A stretch of 64,000 nucleotides of DNA from Mobula hypostoma (taxonomy: Eukaryota): contig NC_086097.1 of NCBI RefSeq assembly GCF_963921235.1, positions 214,026,001 to 214,090,000 of the forward strand, read 5' to 3'. How positions within the stretch are numbered: position 1 is the first letter of the stretch; the number at the start of each line of letters is the position of its first letter. Below, piece by piece: positions 25,546 to 38,760 of this stretch. Position numbers and translations under genes: made by a program. Under the pieces are notes generated by a model, which saw nothing but the letters and a program-made list of their open reading frames with translations, did not search any database and had not been told where the DNA came from.

Positions 25546-27025
25546 CTACAAAGAATACACAGTAATAAATGAAATGCTGGGTTTCTATACTAATGAGCTA
25601 TTACTGATTTTGATGAGTTCAGAGTGACAATTTTACAATTTGACTAAATGATCTTGACATTTTTTTTAACATTGCCAGGTATGGGGGAAAAAACCTCTTG
25701 TGAAGTCATCAGTAAATAAATAGCTAGATTTCAAGATAAACAAAATTTTGTATATAAAAATCAAAAACAATAGAAACTGCTATTGCTGTATATTTGTCAG
25801 GTTCAGGACAGATTAGAGAGAGAAGTTTAGAAAGTGGCCGACATCTGGAAAACATATTTAGCATCTGCTATATGGAAGGTCCTTGGAATGATTTTGAGCT
25901 ATAGATTTGGTGATTATTTGGATAATAAGAATTTGTTAATGAACAATTAGCAGAGATTCAAAAAAGGAATCTGAATCTGTTTAATTAACCAGAAGAATAT
26001 TTTTTGACATTCTGGACAGAGTAGACAGAAAAGTTCTGCTGATACCAATAATTTAAGATCAAAACTTCGGTAAATTACAGCTTATGATAGAGTTATGAAA
26101 CAAAAACTGAAGAAAGGCTTTGGATGGACAATTTTCTTAAAAAAACTTCAAAATTGAGGCTATACTAAACAATAACATTTTAAGCAGAGCAACAAAACTT
26201 AAAGAGAATGCAGGATACCAGTTTTAGGACCATAGCTATTTTTAACATATGTAGTGATCTCCACACCTATATATAACTAATGTAAATTATGTGTTGTTGG
26301 CTCTGTATCCAATGTATTGAAAGTAACAGACATGAGGTAACTTTACTAGAGATGTCAACAGTATGTAGATTACTTTCCTCCACATATGCTATAAACACTA
26401 CTGGTTCTTAAATAACCAACTTTCAATTGTCAGATCTGTATTAGGGACAGGCACAAAGTCCTAGAGAAATTTAGATTTCAAAATAAAAGGCATGAAAATT
26501 AATGGAAATACAGCAGTGAAAACAGGGCTTTTATTTGATGGTTTACACCATTTAATGTGCCCTAATCCATACTGTGAAATATAGATGCAGTTTCAGTCTC
26601 TCCCCAGTGGAGTATAAAATACAATTTTAACATTTATAGATGCAATTAAATATTTAGAAATCTCTAGCTGTGGAACAAATCATGTTGCTACATACAGTAC
26701 TGTGCATAGCTAGTAAATTTATGTATTTCATGACTAAGAGTGCAGGGAGAGGAGAATCATGGATGGGAAAAGGGAAGAGAGAGGGAAGGGATTGGGAGGC
26801 ACCAGATGGACATTCTGTAATGACCAATAAACCAAATGTCTGGAATCAAATGACCTTGTCTGGTTTCTCAGAGCTGGGTGTGTCTGCACCTGTGCTACCT
26901 TCCCCCCTGGCTCTCGTCTCTGCCACCTGCACCACACCCCTCCCACGGCACTTCACCCTTACCAGTCCCAACATCCTTTGCTCCCACTAGATTTACAAAC
27001 TCACTCTACACTCCACGTTCACAAA

Positions 27026-27097
27026 TAGAGTACTGCACAAAAGTCTTAGGCACCTTAGCTATTTATAATATGTTTCAGACTTTTGCACAGTACTATA
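27026..27097. mobile_element. Tc1/mariner-like short MITE
   Basis: TIRs AGTACTGCACAAAAGTC / GACTTTTGCACAGTACT with TA flanks; same family as 62303-62380. Confidence 0.7.
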
Positions 27098-27646
27098 GGT
27101 CAAGTTACAAAGACATTTAGGAGGTAGGTAGAAACCTTAGGCTAATCAAATTTGAAATTTTGGCAGACCTGACAAAATTGATCAGCCAATTTATTGTCAA
27201 TCAAATATTTAAATACCATTCAGAAGTGAAGGAAATTAGGTCAGAGAATGGAAATAGTCAGAGTTGAAGTTATGGAACAAGAAAACATGAAGCCTCTTTT
27301 CCTTGACATTTAACAACATAATATGCTCCCAAGAGAAGATCAGAAGGTTGGAAATCTGTAGTAGGTGATTATTTTCCTACTCACAAATCCCTTGTAATAA
27401 TAGTCAACCCATATCTGGATGAGTGCAACTGCAAGAAATTCAAATCTGATCACCACAAATTAAATCCTGACTTGGAGTTTGTATGTTCTCTCCATGACTT
27501 CACTGAGCTGTATCCCAATCTCAGATAGAACGGTAAGCTAATAAATGACCAGTTAGCACAGGTTAATGGCAAAAAAGGTGATGGCAATATGTGAGAAAGA
27601 ATAAATTGCAGAAGTATGGGGAATTAAGGAGAAAGAAAATTGGACT

Positions 27647-27797
27647 TTCAATACACTGGATGAACTCAGCAGGTCGGGCAGCATCAGTTAGAAACATCGA
27701 CTCATTGTTTCTAACTGACGCTGCCTGACCTGTTGAGTTCATTCAGCGTACTGAAAGTGTTGCTTTGATCACAGCATCTGCAGATTATTTTGTGTTT
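27647..27797. mobile_element. Short fold-back element derived from a Penelope-like 3' tail
   Basis: ~50-bp inverted arms across 27644-27758; 14-bp direct repeat AAGAAAATTGGACT at 27633-27646 and 27798-27811; ends in CAGCATCTGCAGA like the Penelope tails. Confidence 0.8.
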
Positions 27798-28074
27798 AAG
27801 AAAATTGGACTAATTGGCTGGCCCCTTGCGAACTGGCATGGATCAGGTGGGGCAAATATCAGTGTCTTCTGTTGTTATAAAGTTAAGAACAGAGTATTCT
27901 GCTAATAGCTACTTTATTCACCACTTTAAACATCCACTCCCTCTCAAATAGGCCTATTGGGCTGTAATGTGCATTAATATTCCTGTTCTACCAGCGACTT
28001 AGTAGGGTCATTGGCTGACCAGTAAACTGACACACAATACAAGTTGGATAGAAATATTGCCTCCTTTAAGTTTT

Positions 28075-28541
28075 AGAACATAGAACATAGAATAGTACAG
28101 CACAGTACAGGCCCTTCGGCCCACAATGTTGTGCCGACCCTCAAACCCTGCCTCCCATATAAGCCCCCACCTTAAATTTCTCCATATACCTGTCTAGTAG
28201 TCTCTTAAACTTCAGTAGTGTATCTGCCTCCACCACTGACTCAGGCAGTGCATTCCACGCACGAACCACTCTCTGAGTAAAAAACCTTCCTCTAATATCC
28301 CCCTTGAACTTCCTACCCCTTACCTTAAAGCCAAGTCCTCTTGTATTGAGCAGTGGTGCCCTGGGGAAGAGGCTCTGGCTATCCACTCTATCTATTCCTC
28401 TTATTATCTTGTACACCTCTATCATGTCTCCTCTCATCCTGCTTCTCTCCAAAGAGTAAAGCCATAGCTCCCTTAATCTCTGATCATAATGCATACTCTC
28501 TAAACCAGGCAGCATCCTGGTAAATCTCCTCTGTACCCTTT
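28075..28541 (-). mobile_element. CR1 LINE 3' fragment (young)
   Basis: ORF 28141..28515 is a CR1 ORF2 C-terminus; (TTCTATG)n tail. Confidence 0.93.
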
Positions 28542-28627
28542 TCTTCTACAAAGTACCTTGACATGATAATACATTGGCATTTTTCCATTGTTGCTGGCTA
28601 AATATATTGGAACTTACTTAATAACAG

Positions 28628-29939
28628 GATCTATAGACATTTAGAGAATCATGGTCTGATCAGGGACATTCAGCATGGCTTTGTGAAGGGCAGATTGTGT
28701 CTAACAGGCCTGATAGAGTTCTTTGAGGAGGTGACCAGGCATATAGATGAGGGTAGTGCAGTGGATGTGATCTATATGGATTCTAGTAAGGCATATGACA
28801 AGGTTCCACACGGTAGGCTTATTCGGAAAGTTAGAAGGCATGGGATCCAGGGAAGTTTGGCCAGGTGGATTCAGAATTGGCTTGCCTGCAGAAGGCAGAG
28901 GGTGGTGGTGGAGGGAGTACATTCAGAGTGGAGGATTGTGACTAGTGGTGTCCCACAAGGATCTGTTCTGGGACCTCTACTTTTCGTGATTTTTATTAAT
29001 GACCTGGATATGGGGGTAGAAGGGTGAGTTGGCAAGTTTGCAGACGACACAAAGGTTGGTGGTATTGTAGATAGTGTAGCAGATTGTCAAAGATTGCAGA
29101 GGGACATTGATAGGATGCAGAAGTGGGCTGAGAAGTGGCAGATGGAGTTCAACCCTGAGAAGTGTGAGGTGGTACACTTTGGAAGAACAAACTCCAAGGC
29201 AGAGTACAAAGTAAATGGCAGGATACTTGGTAGTGTGGAGGAGCAGAGGGATCTCGGGGTATATGTCCACAGATCCCTGAAAGTTGCCTCACAGGTGGAT
29301 AGGGTAGTTAAGAAAGCTTATGGGGTGTTAGCTTTCGTAAGTCGAGGGATAGAGTTTAAGAGTCGCGATGTAATGATGCAGCTCTATAAAACTCTGGTTA
29401 GGCCACACTTGGAGTACTGTGTCCAGTTCTGGTCACCTCACTATGGGAAGGATGTGGAAGCACTGGAAAGGGTACAGAGGAGATTTACCAGGATGCTGCC
29501 TGGTTTAGAAAGTATGCATAATGATCAGAGATTAAGGGAGCTTGGGCTTTACTCTTTGGAGAGAAGCAGGATGAGAGGAGACATGATAGAGGTGTACAAG
29601 ATAATAAGAGGAATAGATAGAGTGGATAGCCAGAGCCTCTTCCCCAGGGCACCACTGCTCAATACAAGAGGACTTGGCTTTAAGGTAAGGGGTAGGAAGT
29701 TCAAGGGGGATATTAGAGGAAGGTTTTTTACTCAGAGAGTGGTTCGTGCGTGGAATGCACTGCCTGAGTCAGTGGCGGAGGCAGATACACTAGTGAAGTT
29801 TAAGAGACTACTAGACAGGTATATGGAGGAATTTAAGGTGGGGCCTTATATGGGAGGCAGGGTTTGAGGGTCGGCACAACATTATGGGCCGAAGGGCCTG
29901 TACTGTGCTGTACTATTCTATGTTCTATGTTTTCTATGT
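28628..29939 (+). mobile_element. CR1 LINE, 5'-truncated (RT to 3' end)
   Basis: RT motifs [27 protein letters not shown]; premature TGA at 29025-29027; TAACAG duplicated at 28622-28627 and 29940-29945. Confidence 0.95.
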
Positions 29940-31214
29940 TAACAGTGTAATAGGAGATCCTTCATCATAGGGATTGCCGTGCTCCAATAGAGAAACTTAC
30001 TGCTTCACCCTTAAGGGGAAATCAAGCCTATATGTTACATGGCCAACCATACCCACATTGAACAAGGCATTGCTAGATGCACCACTGAAGCAGGTACATA
30101 TTTGGTCAATTTTTAAAGAAAAATATGTATTGAAGAATGTAATGAGAAAAGTGTGGTGATTCTCCAGGGGATTAAAAAAAAACATGTACTGTAAGTGCAC
30201 ATTTAACCTATAGACATTCCCATAGAATTAAAAATAGATTTTGTCCCATAGTTGTTGCCAATCCACTTGCTGTTGGAGAAATAAAAGATCACCTTTCAGT
30301 TAAAAAAAGTCCATTCAGTGACAATAAAGGTTTAACCATCATGATTTTTCCATAACAATCATTCTCAGCCGTCCTTCTGTGACATGGTATCTTTATTCAA
30401 AAATGTCGAAAATTGAGCTGACCTGGGCATTCTATCGATTGATTTGCTTTTCAAATGAATCACTAAGTGCATTTTATTGATTCACAGACAAAGTATTAAA
30501 TGGGAGAAGGTAGGGCAGGGTTATAGGTGAAAAGCATGCTATCAACCTCAAAACTACTTCAGGGACAGCAGTTCTAGTGTGTACTAATTGATAACTGCTC
30601 ACCCCAAGGTTAAGAATAGAGAAAAACCTTTGACATAGCCCACTTCTGTTGTCCTCCTTTCCAATGTTCTAAACATATTTGACTTTACTCATCAGTTAGT
30701 ATTGCTAAGGAATATATTAACTGGTCCCAGTGCCACTGTGCTGTATGCCACATAAGGTAGAGCAATCTGTCAGTGTTTCTCTCTGGACTCGCATGAATAG
30801 CCTATCTTAATATGTTGGCCATTTGACCTTTGCTGACCAAAGACCATTAAAAATGTACAATCAACTCCCAGGTTATGTAGTGTCGTGTCCTCAGAAAGTG
30901 GCCAGTATTGTGATTGTCTGTTCCTTTAACCACCCCCCCCCCGCCCACGTTGAAAGCAGAAATGCTTTTCTACAAGATATTTTCCCCCAGATTAAGCCAT
31001 TTTACTGTCAATGACAGAGTGACCCACCATTATTGTTCAGCTTCTGAGGTGAATATTAGACTAAGAAGATTGTTGGGTGGGAGTAGGTGGGGGGAGAAGG
31101 TACTATGCAAGGGACTTTATTTATGTGCAAAGCTCATTCTTGTACACATGCGAACATATGGACGCCAATGTGTGTTTGAGTGTATGCCTGTGCATGTGCA
31201 TGCATCGACGGTCA

Positions 31215-34100
31215 TGCAGTAGCGGAGCAAAAAAAAAGTGGTGCAAAAAGAGACATCTATTATTATAGGGAAAGTAAATTGCTGGCAAATAAAATGGAGG
31301 AACTAGCAGTACCCACGAGGACACAGAATGAAAACCAGGAATGCAGCATTATGCGTTTCATCGAGACATGGCTACACAAGCAAATCCCGGATTCCAACGC
31401 TACTGTGAATGGGTTTTCAATGCATACAAGCAGATAGTGCTAATCTACAGTGCGGTAAGAGGAAGGGAGGTGGGCTTTCTGTGCTTGTGGATAATAGATG
31501 GTGTAATCCCAGTCACATTTCCGTGAAAGAATGAATCTGCAGTCTGTACATCGAACTGCCTGCTGTGAGTCTGTATCCATTTTATCTACCGCGAGTTCAG
31601 TCACGCCATATTTTTCTTCGTCTACATCCCGCCTTCACAACGCAGAGTGATGTCATACACAGTACTATCGCGAGACTCCAGACTCAACACCCCAAAGTGT
31701 TCATTGCAGAATCGGGAGACTTTAACTGACAACCCTATCCACCTTCAATCAGTTTGTCAAGTGTCATTCAAGAGAAAATAAAACAGTGGATCTCTTGTAT
31801 GCAAATGCTGAAGATGCTTACAGCTCCACAGCTCTCCCCCCACTTGGGAGATCAGATCACAACTTGGTCCACCTCACACCCTTGTATAAACCCAAAGTAC
31901 AGCAACAGCTAGCTACCACCAAGAAAGTAAAGAAATGGTCTCCAGAGGCCATCGAGGCTTTTAAGGGCTGCTTTGAGGTTACTAATGGAATGTGCTTTGT
32001 AAAGTATATGGGGAGGTCATTACTGATTGCATCACTGGCTACATCAACTTCTGTGTGGACACTGTAATACCATCAAGGACTATTTGCTGCTTCCCCAACG
32101 ACACACCATGGGTCACCAGTGATCTAAAGGCTCTTCTGACCACAAGTAGAGAGCCTTTCGATCAGGAGACAGCAAGGAATTGAAATATGTGCAGAGGGAG
32201 GTAAAGGAGAAGGTCAAGGTGGCTAAAGAGGAAATCAGGAGAGAGCTGGGGAACAAGCTCGGGCAGAGTAGCACACAGGAGGTGTGGAGAGGCGTGAAGA
32301 ACATCACCGGCTTCGATCGGCCTAGCTGTAGCGCCTTGGAATGCAGCGTGAATGGCTAATGAGTTAAACAAGTTCTTCAATAGGTTTGACAATTGCTCTC
32401 CTGTTCATAACCCTCTCAGCGCACCAGCTCCAGGTGCCGAGGCACCCAATGCTCCCTCAACACCAACACCTCCCCTCCTCCCCCCTCCAGTTCAACACGT
32501 GGATGAACAACACAGGTTACCACTGTCTACATCCCCTCCTAGCCATGCACCTACCATCCACAACTCCACATACCAACTACCGTCTTGATCTTCCCTCCCC
32601 CAGCCCCCACCTTCCACCAACTTCCCAGTCATCATGGAGTCGCCTTCACTCCTGAGCAGGTGAGAAGTGCTCTGAGGAAACTCAGACATGGCACAGCATT
32701 GGCACTGGATGTTGTGAACCGCAAGGTCCTGAAGGAGTGTGCTGAGCAGCTGTGCGGAGTTCTCCAGTGCAGGTTCAATCTGCGTCTCAGCCTGGAGAGT
32801 GTCCCGACTGTGTGGAAAACATCATATGTGGGAGTATCCAAGAAGGGCCAACTGAAAGACTTGAATGACCACCGTCCAGTACCCTGACCTCACACTTCAT
32901 GAAGACCCAAGAGAGGTTGGTCCTGGCTCACCTCCGACCCCTGGCCAGATCAGCCCTCAATCCCCTGCAGTTTGCCTACCAGGAGCACACTGGCATCAAC
33001 GATGCTGTCATCTGAACAGAACCTACTCCCATTTGGATAAGCAGGAAAACACTGTGAGGATCATGTTTTTTGATTTCTTAAGGACCTTCAATAACATACA
33101 GCTCTCGTTGCTGGGAGAAAAGCTTCATTCATTGCAGGTTGGCACTTCCATTGTATCCTTGATAATGGACTACCTGACTGGCAGTATGACAGTCATGGCT
33201 ATAAGCAGCACAGGGGATTGTATTGGCTTCCTGCTTACCCTGTATACCTTGGACTTTAGATACATCACCGAATCATGTCATCTGCAGAAATCTTCTGATG
33301 ACTCAGTAATAGTTGGGTGTAAAAAGGAGGTTGGGAGGATGAATACAGGGCTCTGCTGGAAGACTTTGTCAAATGGTATAAGCTGAATCATGTACAGCAC
33401 AACATCAGGAAGACAAAGGAAATGGTGATGGACTTTAGGAAGACTAAGCCTACCCTGCTACTTGATGGTGAGGACCTACAAGTACCTGGGGATGCACCTG
33501 GATGACAGATTTGAGTGGAGCACCAACACAGAAGCTGTGTACAAGAAGGGCCAGAGTTGCCTGTACTTCTTGAGGAGATTGAGGTCCTTTGGAGTATGCA
33601 GGCCTCTCCTTCACATGTTCTACCAGTCCGTTGTTGCCAGTACAATCTTCTATGCGGTGGTCTGCTGGGGCAATGGCATCAACACAGGTGATGCCAACAG
33701 GCTCAATAAACTGATTAGAAAGACAGGCTATGTTATACTGGACACACTGGAGTCTGTGGTAGAACAAAGGACCCTATGGAAAATCCTGGCAATTCTGGAC
33801 AATGTTTCTCACCTCTGCATGCCACCTTGGCTGGACAGAGGTGCACTTTTAGTAAAAGAGTGAGAAAACTGCGCTGCTCCAAAGCCCACTATGTTAGGTA
33901 TCATTCTTATCTTCGGCGATTAGGCTCTATGTCAACCTACAGCCGGGGAAGTGACGACCCCTACTGTTAGACTGTTAGAGGCAGTTTATTTTTTATTCTA
34001 TCTACTTCTTTTCTAATATTTGTATATTTGTATATCTGTGCCCTTTGAATGTTACTGTAATTTCCTTTGGGATCAATAAAGTATCTATCTATCAATCTAT
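31215..34100 (+). mobile_element. Near full-length ORF2, decayed Rex1/Babar-like LINE
   Basis: Endonuclease motifs (FIETWL, DLLYAN...PPLGRSDHNLV), RT motifs (VRIMFFDF), C-terminal YKYLG...YFLRRLRSFGV; tail AATAAAGTATCTATCTATC; multiple frameshifts. Confidence 0.9.
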
Positions 34101-34440
34101 CAGATAAGCCTCATCTTCCAATTACCTTTGGTTTGCTTACCACTGCACTAAGATATAAATCCACCAAGCCCGGGTAGTAGCTGGTGTGCAATTGCTGTTT
34201 AATTTACTAATTTTCTGGCCATCACTGGCCAACCAGTATTTCATCATGCTCCTGATATAGGCTTTGTAAACAGTGGAAAAGCCACTTACAAAGTTTACAA
34301 AGGTGTTGGTAAATGAATCATTTGCCAAAATCTGGGATCTCACCATCTGCCATTGTGGGATAAGTGATCATCTCGTTATCCTACTCATACAATCCAACAC
34401 GTAACCAGTACCTGTTAGTGTTCAGATCACCAGCCCTGAA

Positions 34441-35118
34441 AGATCACAAGATCACAAGATCACAAGACAAAGGAGCAGAAGTAGGCCATTCGGCCCATCA
34501 AGTCTGCTCCGCAGCTCCTCCATGAGCTAAACTATTCACCCATCTAGTTCCAATTTCTGGCTTTTTCCCCATATCCCTTGATACCCTGACTAATTAGATA
34601 CCTGTCAATCTCCTCCTTAAACACCCTCAATGATCGGGCCTCCACAGCTGTATGTGGCAACGAATTCCACAAATCCACGACCCTCTGGCTAAGAAAATTT
34701 CTCCTCATCTCTGTTTTAACTGGGTACCCTCTAATTCTAAGACTATGGCCTCTTGTCTTGGACTCACCCACCAAGGGAAACAACCTTTCCACATCTACTC
34801 TGTCCAACCCTTTCAACATTCAAAATGTTTCTATGAGATCCCCTCTCATTCTTCTATACTCTAATGAATACAGTCCAAGAGCTGACAAACGCTCCTCATA
34901 TGTTAGCTCCTGCATTCCAGGAATCCTCCTCGTAAATCTTCTCTGAACTCGCTCCAACATCAGTACATCCTTTCTAAGATAGGGGGCCCAAAACTGCACA
35001 CAGTATTCCAAACGAGGTCTCACTAATGCCCAATAGAGCCTCATCAACACCTCCTTACTCTTATACACTATTCCTCTTGAAATGAATGCCAACATAGCAT
35101 TCGCTTTCCTTACTGCCG
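34441..35118 (-). mobile_element. CR1 LINE 3' fragment
   Basis: RPRLEYCVQFWAPYLRKD...RGDLIETF peptide; (CTTGTGAT)n tail. Confidence 0.92.
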
Positions 35119-35659
35119 AACTTCAACATCTTTTTGATAAAGCAGATGTTTTATGTAAAAGACAAGACTTCTAATTAGTCTAGAATTCAGACAAACTGCA
35201 TTTGGAATGCTGGCCTAGTGTTTTTTGATAAGACTTCCATTCATAGACAAGAGTGCTAATTAAACCATGGGTCTTTATTATTTGATTTTACTATTTGCAA
35301 GTCAATTTTAGAGTTTTATTTTAAACACTTGGAAACACTTCTTATACTTCTTGGAAAGCTTCTACTGAAGCCCAGGCACATTTGAATAAAGTTTTGCCTA
35401 AATTGTAGAGATAGATAATAGGATCCTCCCAGGCGATTTAATTGTCTAAGTTGGGAAAAAATGCATTTCTCTAGCAAGAAATGATTGGCAAGTAGGGAGG
35501 AGAAAGCACACTGTTTCATCAGAGATGAGCTCAAGGTATCAAGGCAACATGCCTGATTCAGGCTGTGGTATTAGTGTATTCTGTCATCGTCTAAACAAAT
35601 AACCACATGGACATTGCCATCAGAAACTGAATCAAGTTTATTATCACAGTCTGATGTGA

Positions 35660-36345
35660 AATGCGTGGATGCTGCATCATGCACTCATGCTGAACTTGTC
35701 AATTTCATCAATTTTGCATCTAACTTCCACCCTGCCCTTAAAATTCACTTGGTCCATTTCTGACACCTCCTGTCCCTTCCTCGATCTCTCTATCTCCATC
35801 TTTGGAGACAACCTGTTGGCCAATATCCTACCTACTGATTCCCACAGTTAATTTGACTATACCTCTTCCCACCCTGTCTCCTGTAAAAATGTTATTCCCT
35901 TTTCTCAATACCTTTGCCTCCGCCACATCTGTTCCCAGAATGCGACTTTCCTTTGCAGGACATCAGAGAAGTTCTCCTTCTTCAAAGAACAGGGTTTCCC
36001 GTCCTCCACCATTGATGCTGCCCTCACCACATCTCCTCCGTTTCCTGAACATCTGCATTCACCCTAAATTCCCGCTGCCTTAACAGTGATAGGGTTCATC
36101 TTGCCTTTACCTACCACCCTATAAGGCTACGTGTCCAGCACATGATCCTCTGCAACTTCCACCATCTCCAAAGGAACACAAGCACCAAACATATCCTTAC
36201 TTCCTCTACCACCTCTGCTTTCTGCAGGGATCGCTCCCTCCATGGTTCCCTTGTCCATTTGTTTCTCTCTACTAATCTGCCTCCTGGCACTTACTGCTGC
36301 AAGTAGCCAAACAGCTACACCTGCCTATTCACCTCCTCCTTCACA
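35660..36345 (+). mobile_element. Decayed Penelope-like RT C-terminal fragment
   Basis: LKFTWSISDTSCPFLDLSISI peptide and DNA similarity to 8340-8760. Confidence 0.8.
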
Positions 36346-36474
36346 AACAAGAGAAAAGCTACAGATGCTGGAAATCCAAACAACATGCACAAAATGCTGA
36401 AGGAACTCAGCAGGCCAGAGAACATCTATGGAAAAGAGAACAATGACGTTATGGGCCGAAACCCTTCAGCAGGA

Positions 36475-37330
36475 TGATGAAATAGATGGTTATGTTGCCA
36501 AGTTTTCAGGTGATATGAAGATTGGTGGAGGGGTAGGTAGAGTTAGAAAATGCATGGTCATGCACTTTGGTAGTAGAAATAAATGTGCAGACTATTTTCT
36601 AAATGGGGAGAAAATCCAAAGATCTGAGATGCAAAGGGACTTGCGAGTCCTTGTGCAAAACATGATAAAGGTTAACTTTCAGGTCGAGTCGGTGGTGAGG
36701 AAGGCCAATGCAATGTTAGCATTCATTTCAAGAGAATACAAGAGCAGAGGCTTCATAAGGCACTGGTGAGGCCTCACCTTGATTATAGTGAACAGTTTTA
36801 GGCTCCTCATCTAAGAAAAGACATGCTGGCATTGGAGAGGGTTCAGAGGAGGTTCACAAGGATGATTTCGGAAATGAAAGGATTATCATATGCAGAACGT
36901 TTGATGGCTCTGGGTCTATACTCACTGGAATTTAGAAGGATGAAGGGGTATCTCATTGAAATCTTTCGAATATTGAAAGGCCTAGACAGTGTAGATGTGG
37001 AAAGGATGTTTCCTGTGGTGGGGGAGTCTAGGACAAGAGGGCACATCCTCAGGAGGCATTTACTTAAAACAGAGATGCGGAGAAATTTCTTTAGCCAGTA
37101 GCTGGTGAACTTGTGATATTTATTACACGGGCAGCTGTGTAGGCTAGGTCGTTGGGTATATTTAAGGCAGAGCTTGATCGGTTCTTGATTGGACACAGCA
37201 TCAAAGGTTACAGGGAGAAGGCTGGGGAGTGGGGCTGAGGAGGGGAAACAAGGATTAGCCATGATTGAATGGCAGAGCAGACTCGATGGGCCAAATGGCC
37301 TAATTCTGCTCCTGTGTCTTATGGTCTGAT
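36475..37330 (+). mobile_element. CR1 LINE 3' fragment
   Basis: KCMVMHFG...KANAMLAFISR and LERVQRRFTRMI peptides. Confidence 0.9.
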
Positions 37331-38760
37331 GGAAATACATGATACATAAATATAGAGAGAAAACTGGATTGCATTAAGTATATATATGTCTATTAGATAG
37401 TTAAGTTAAAATAAGTGTGCAAAATAACAGAAATAAAAAAGTAGTGAGGTAGTATTTATGGGGTCAATGTCTATTTAGAAATCAGATGACAGAGAGGAAG
37501 AAGTTGTTCCTGAATTGCTGAGTGTATGCCTTCAGGCTTTTGTACCTCCTTCCTCTGGTAAACGTGTGAAGAGGACATGTCCTGGGTGGTGGGGGTCCTT
37601 AATGATGGACGCTGCCTTCCTAAGGCACCACCCCTTGAAAATGCCTTGGATACTGCGGAGGCTGGTTCCCATGATAGAGTTGACTAATTTAATAAATTTC
37701 TGCAACTTATTTTGATCCTGTGCAGTAGCACCCCCTCCCCATACCAGATGGTGATCCAACCAGTCAGAATGCTTTTCTTGATACATTTGTAGAAGTTTTT
37801 GAGTGTTTTAGTTGACAAACTAAATCTCCTCAAATTCCTAATGAAATAGAGCTGCTGTCTTGCCTTCTTTATACCTACATCAATATGTTACGTCCAAATT
37901 AGATCCTAAGAGATATGGGTCTTCATGCTACTGTACCTCCTCTTTGATGGTGGTAACATGAAGTGGCCGTTTGCTGGATGGTGAGGGTCTTGAATGATGA
38001 ATGCCAAATTTTTGAGGTACCACTTGTTGAAGATATCTTTGAAGGTAGGGAAGGTTGTGGCTGTGGAGGAGCAAACTGAGTCTACAAACATATTCAGCCT
38101 CTTGTGATCTTGTGCATTGGAAGCTTCATACTAAGCTGTGATGCAACCAATTAGCATGCCCACTGCTGTACATCTATAGAAATTTGCAAGAGACTTTGGT
38201 GACATTGCAAATTTCCTAACACCCCAATGAAGTAGAGGCACTGGCATGTCTCCTTCGTGATCGTAACAATGTGTTGAGCCCAGGCCAGATCCTCAGAGAT
38301 ATTGACACCCAGGAACTTAAAGCTGCCCACTCTTTTCATCACTAGCTCAATCAGGACTGATACATGTCCTTTCAACTTCCCATCCTGAAGTCCACAATCA
38401 ATTCTTTGGTCTTATTGACATCGTGTGTAACACTAGTTGACTGAATTGTTGCAACACCACTCAACCAGCTAATGTTTTTCATTCCTGTATGCCTCCTTGT
38501 TGCCATCTGAGATTTTACCAAGAACAGTGGTGCCATCTGTGAATTTATAAATGGGATTTGAGCTGTGCTGAGCCACACAGTCATGAGTGTAGAGGGCGTA
38601 CAGCAGTGACCCAAGCACACATCCTTGCCGTGCGCCTGTGTTGACTGTCAGCAAGGAAATTGTATCACTGATCCATATTGATTGTGGTCTCCCAATAAGG
38701 AAGTTAAGGATCGAGTTGCAGAGAGATGTACAAAGGCACAAGTTCAGTAGTCTGGTGATT
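37330..38760 (-). mobile_element. Cluster of Rex-like LINE fragments
   Basis: KAASIIKDPHHPGH, FKFLGVNISEDLAW, LCNSILNFLIGRPQS...TGARQGCVL peptides. Confidence 0.85.

Noticed and set aside
29094..29867. 257-aa ORF as a host gene or active retroelement
   Set aside because: C-terminal part of CR1 ORF2 in a 5'-truncated copy with an upstream in-frame stop.
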